Positions 62,354-64,000 of a DNA stretch of 64,000 nt are shown piece by piece. Each line of letters opens with the position of its first letter. The first letter of the stretch is position 1. Under the pieces are notes generated by a model that worked only from the letters and a program-made list of their open reading frames with translations, searched no databases and was not told the origin of the DNA. The translations under genes and the position numbers were made by a program. The DNA comes from Zygnema circumcarinatum SAG 698-1b (taxonomy: Eukaryota; Plantae; Zygnematophyceae): contig CM074813.1 in NCBI GenBank assembly GCA_037447605.1, forward strand, positions 62,001-126,000. The letters run 5' to 3'.

Positions 62354-63836
62354 ATGCCGCGTTCAGCAAAATCAAAAACCGAAGAGGAAGGTGTTGCTGG
62401 GCAAATGGAGTGGGAGCCGATGAAGGAAAATATGCAACCCTCAAATAAGGAACGCACTGCAGAGGATTTTCGCCTCTCCGTAAAGCGAAAGCATGATGGA
62501 AGTCATGAATCCGGCTTTGAAGATGATCGAAGGTACTTTGCACAGCACAGTTTGGACAAAATTATTCGGGACTAGAGGCTCGTTTCTGGAATGAAGCAAA
62601 CGATTTTGATGATATTTGGACGTTGTCAGTTTTCTGTGATTTTAGGCTGTTTCTTTTCCTTAAGTAGCTTGAAAGCCTAAGTTTTGGAAGGGCGTGAAAG
62701 GCACATACACGTTAGTAAAACCGGAGAATACGAGAATAGTACGTGTCTCGAGATCAAACTGGTTTTGCTGTAGTTGGCAGTGCGTTGGAATTGTGAGTTG
62801 AGTGCAAGTGATCATTTTTAAACCACCCTTCGTGACCAATTTAGTCAGGGCAGACACTTGGATGAACGAAAAGGCTGGAAACTCGTTTAGAACAGCTGTT
62901 AATGGCTTCAAGTAGCACACGATCTTCTACGGTTAACCACTTGGCGATACGTGGAAACTCATTCTTTGCTGTACTCGCAGGGCGCTTGTGAACGCCATAG
63001 ACAACTATGTCGGAGACGACCCCCTCAAGCCATGGTTAAGGTTTGTGCAGAATTAGCTTGTTGCTGCTTGTTAATGTTTACAGTAGTATATAGCAGTCTC
63101 GGTCTGTTAGTATTGTCTTTTTGCTGGTTGGCTTTTTGAGTTACTGCTCTCAAACTGAGTGCTTTAATGCGCAGACCGGATCATTCGCATTTTTTCCGTA
63201 ATTGTAAGCACGGTTTACCTCTTTCCTTTATTCCTCCATTCTGCCCCCCTCTCTCCATCCAATATCAGTTATGTATCTTCCGTTCTGAATAGGTCTTGCT
63301 GCTTCACCCCTATCTCCCTCTCTGCTGTTCTCTCTCTCCCCCGCCCCCCAGAACTTCTGAAACAAATGTTCACCTTGTCTTTGCTCGCGCAGGTACATCA
63401 AATGGATTAAGCAGTCATTTGCTTCCTCCTGTAAACGTGAACTCCTTCCAGTTGTGGAAAGGTGCACAGAAACTTTTAAGGATGATCCGAGATACAAGGA
63501 TGATCCTCGATATCTACGGGTCTGGATTCAGTATGTAAGTGCCATAGCAGTTACATAGCAGTCATCACATCGTTTTATCTTAGCATGACAGTGAAGCCCT
63601 CCTAGGACTTCATCCACCAAGATGTCCATTGTGTTTCGTTTGCTTCAATTCTGACTTTGGAAATCTTATCATCTTCAGGCTGATTGCCTCCCAGACCCAC
63701 GTGAACTCTTCATACTTTTGGAGGGCAAGGACATTGGGCAGAGTCATGCTTTATACTATGAGGCGAAAGCCTCGTACCAGGAACGTAATCGGAATTTTGC
63801 TAAAGCAAAACAAACAATTCAGGCAGGGATTGCTCG
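62354..63836 (+). CDS. MAD3/BUBR1-type spindle assembly checkpoint protein, N-terminal TPR region; runs off the window end
   Basis: WEPMKENMQP (KEN box), RALVNAIDNYVGDDPLKPWLRYIKWI, YKDDPRYLRVWIQYAD, DIGQSHALYYE...GIAR across four in-frame exons. This is the Mad3/Bub1 homology region I. Confidence 0.92.
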
Positions 63837-64000
63837 GTGAGTTAAGCATGTGATGCTTCTCATTGACATAAGTTACAATGGTGCGGTTGTCCTTTAACTT
63901 CAGGGGTGCACGTTTTCCTTCAAAATGTTACTGAGTTATACAGTTCCCCTCAGCAATTTTTTGTGATGCTACTTATCATCATGTCCTCGTTTTCCAGGGG

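Noticed and set aside
63478-63515. KDDPRYKDDPRY tandem in BUBR1 as a novel duplication
   Set aside because: It fits the normal Mad3/Bub1 pattern (..RYKxDxRYL), so no extra sequence is implied.

Overview
Eukaryotic nuclear DNA, intron-rich with GC-rich exons and promoters. It is most consistent with a streptophyte green alga (plastid MraY, DREB-type AP2/ERF, RING-tailed kinesin-7); the organism is inferred from gene content, not established. Splicing exons by hand gives 11 protein-coding genes: ABCG transporter (-, partial), NADH-cytochrome b5 reductase (+), MCM10 (-), MraY (+), kinesin-7 with C-terminal RING (+), an uncharacterised 414-aa type II membrane glycosyltransferase-like protein (-), plastid DEAD-box helicase RH22-like (+), phosphatidylinositol synthase (-, mostly missed by the ORF track), intronless DREB/ERF (+), intronless SAM-domain protein (-) and MAD3/BUBR1 (+, partial). 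Ten of the 11 genes sit in five head-to-head pairs. Accessory DNA includes a nested minisatellite, a 158-bp MITE, two MITE-like remnants, an LTR plus primer-binding site cut by a 100-N gap, and several short tandem repeats. The best novelty candidates are (i) the glycosyltransferase-like gene, whose motifs I recall from an unnamed domain in bacterial and fungal 'alginate lyase family' proteins, and (ii) a 15-bp GTACGGCCGTACGGC motif shared by unrelated promoters. I saw no CRISPR array, rRNA or tRNA gene, and no clear multi-gene novel system.
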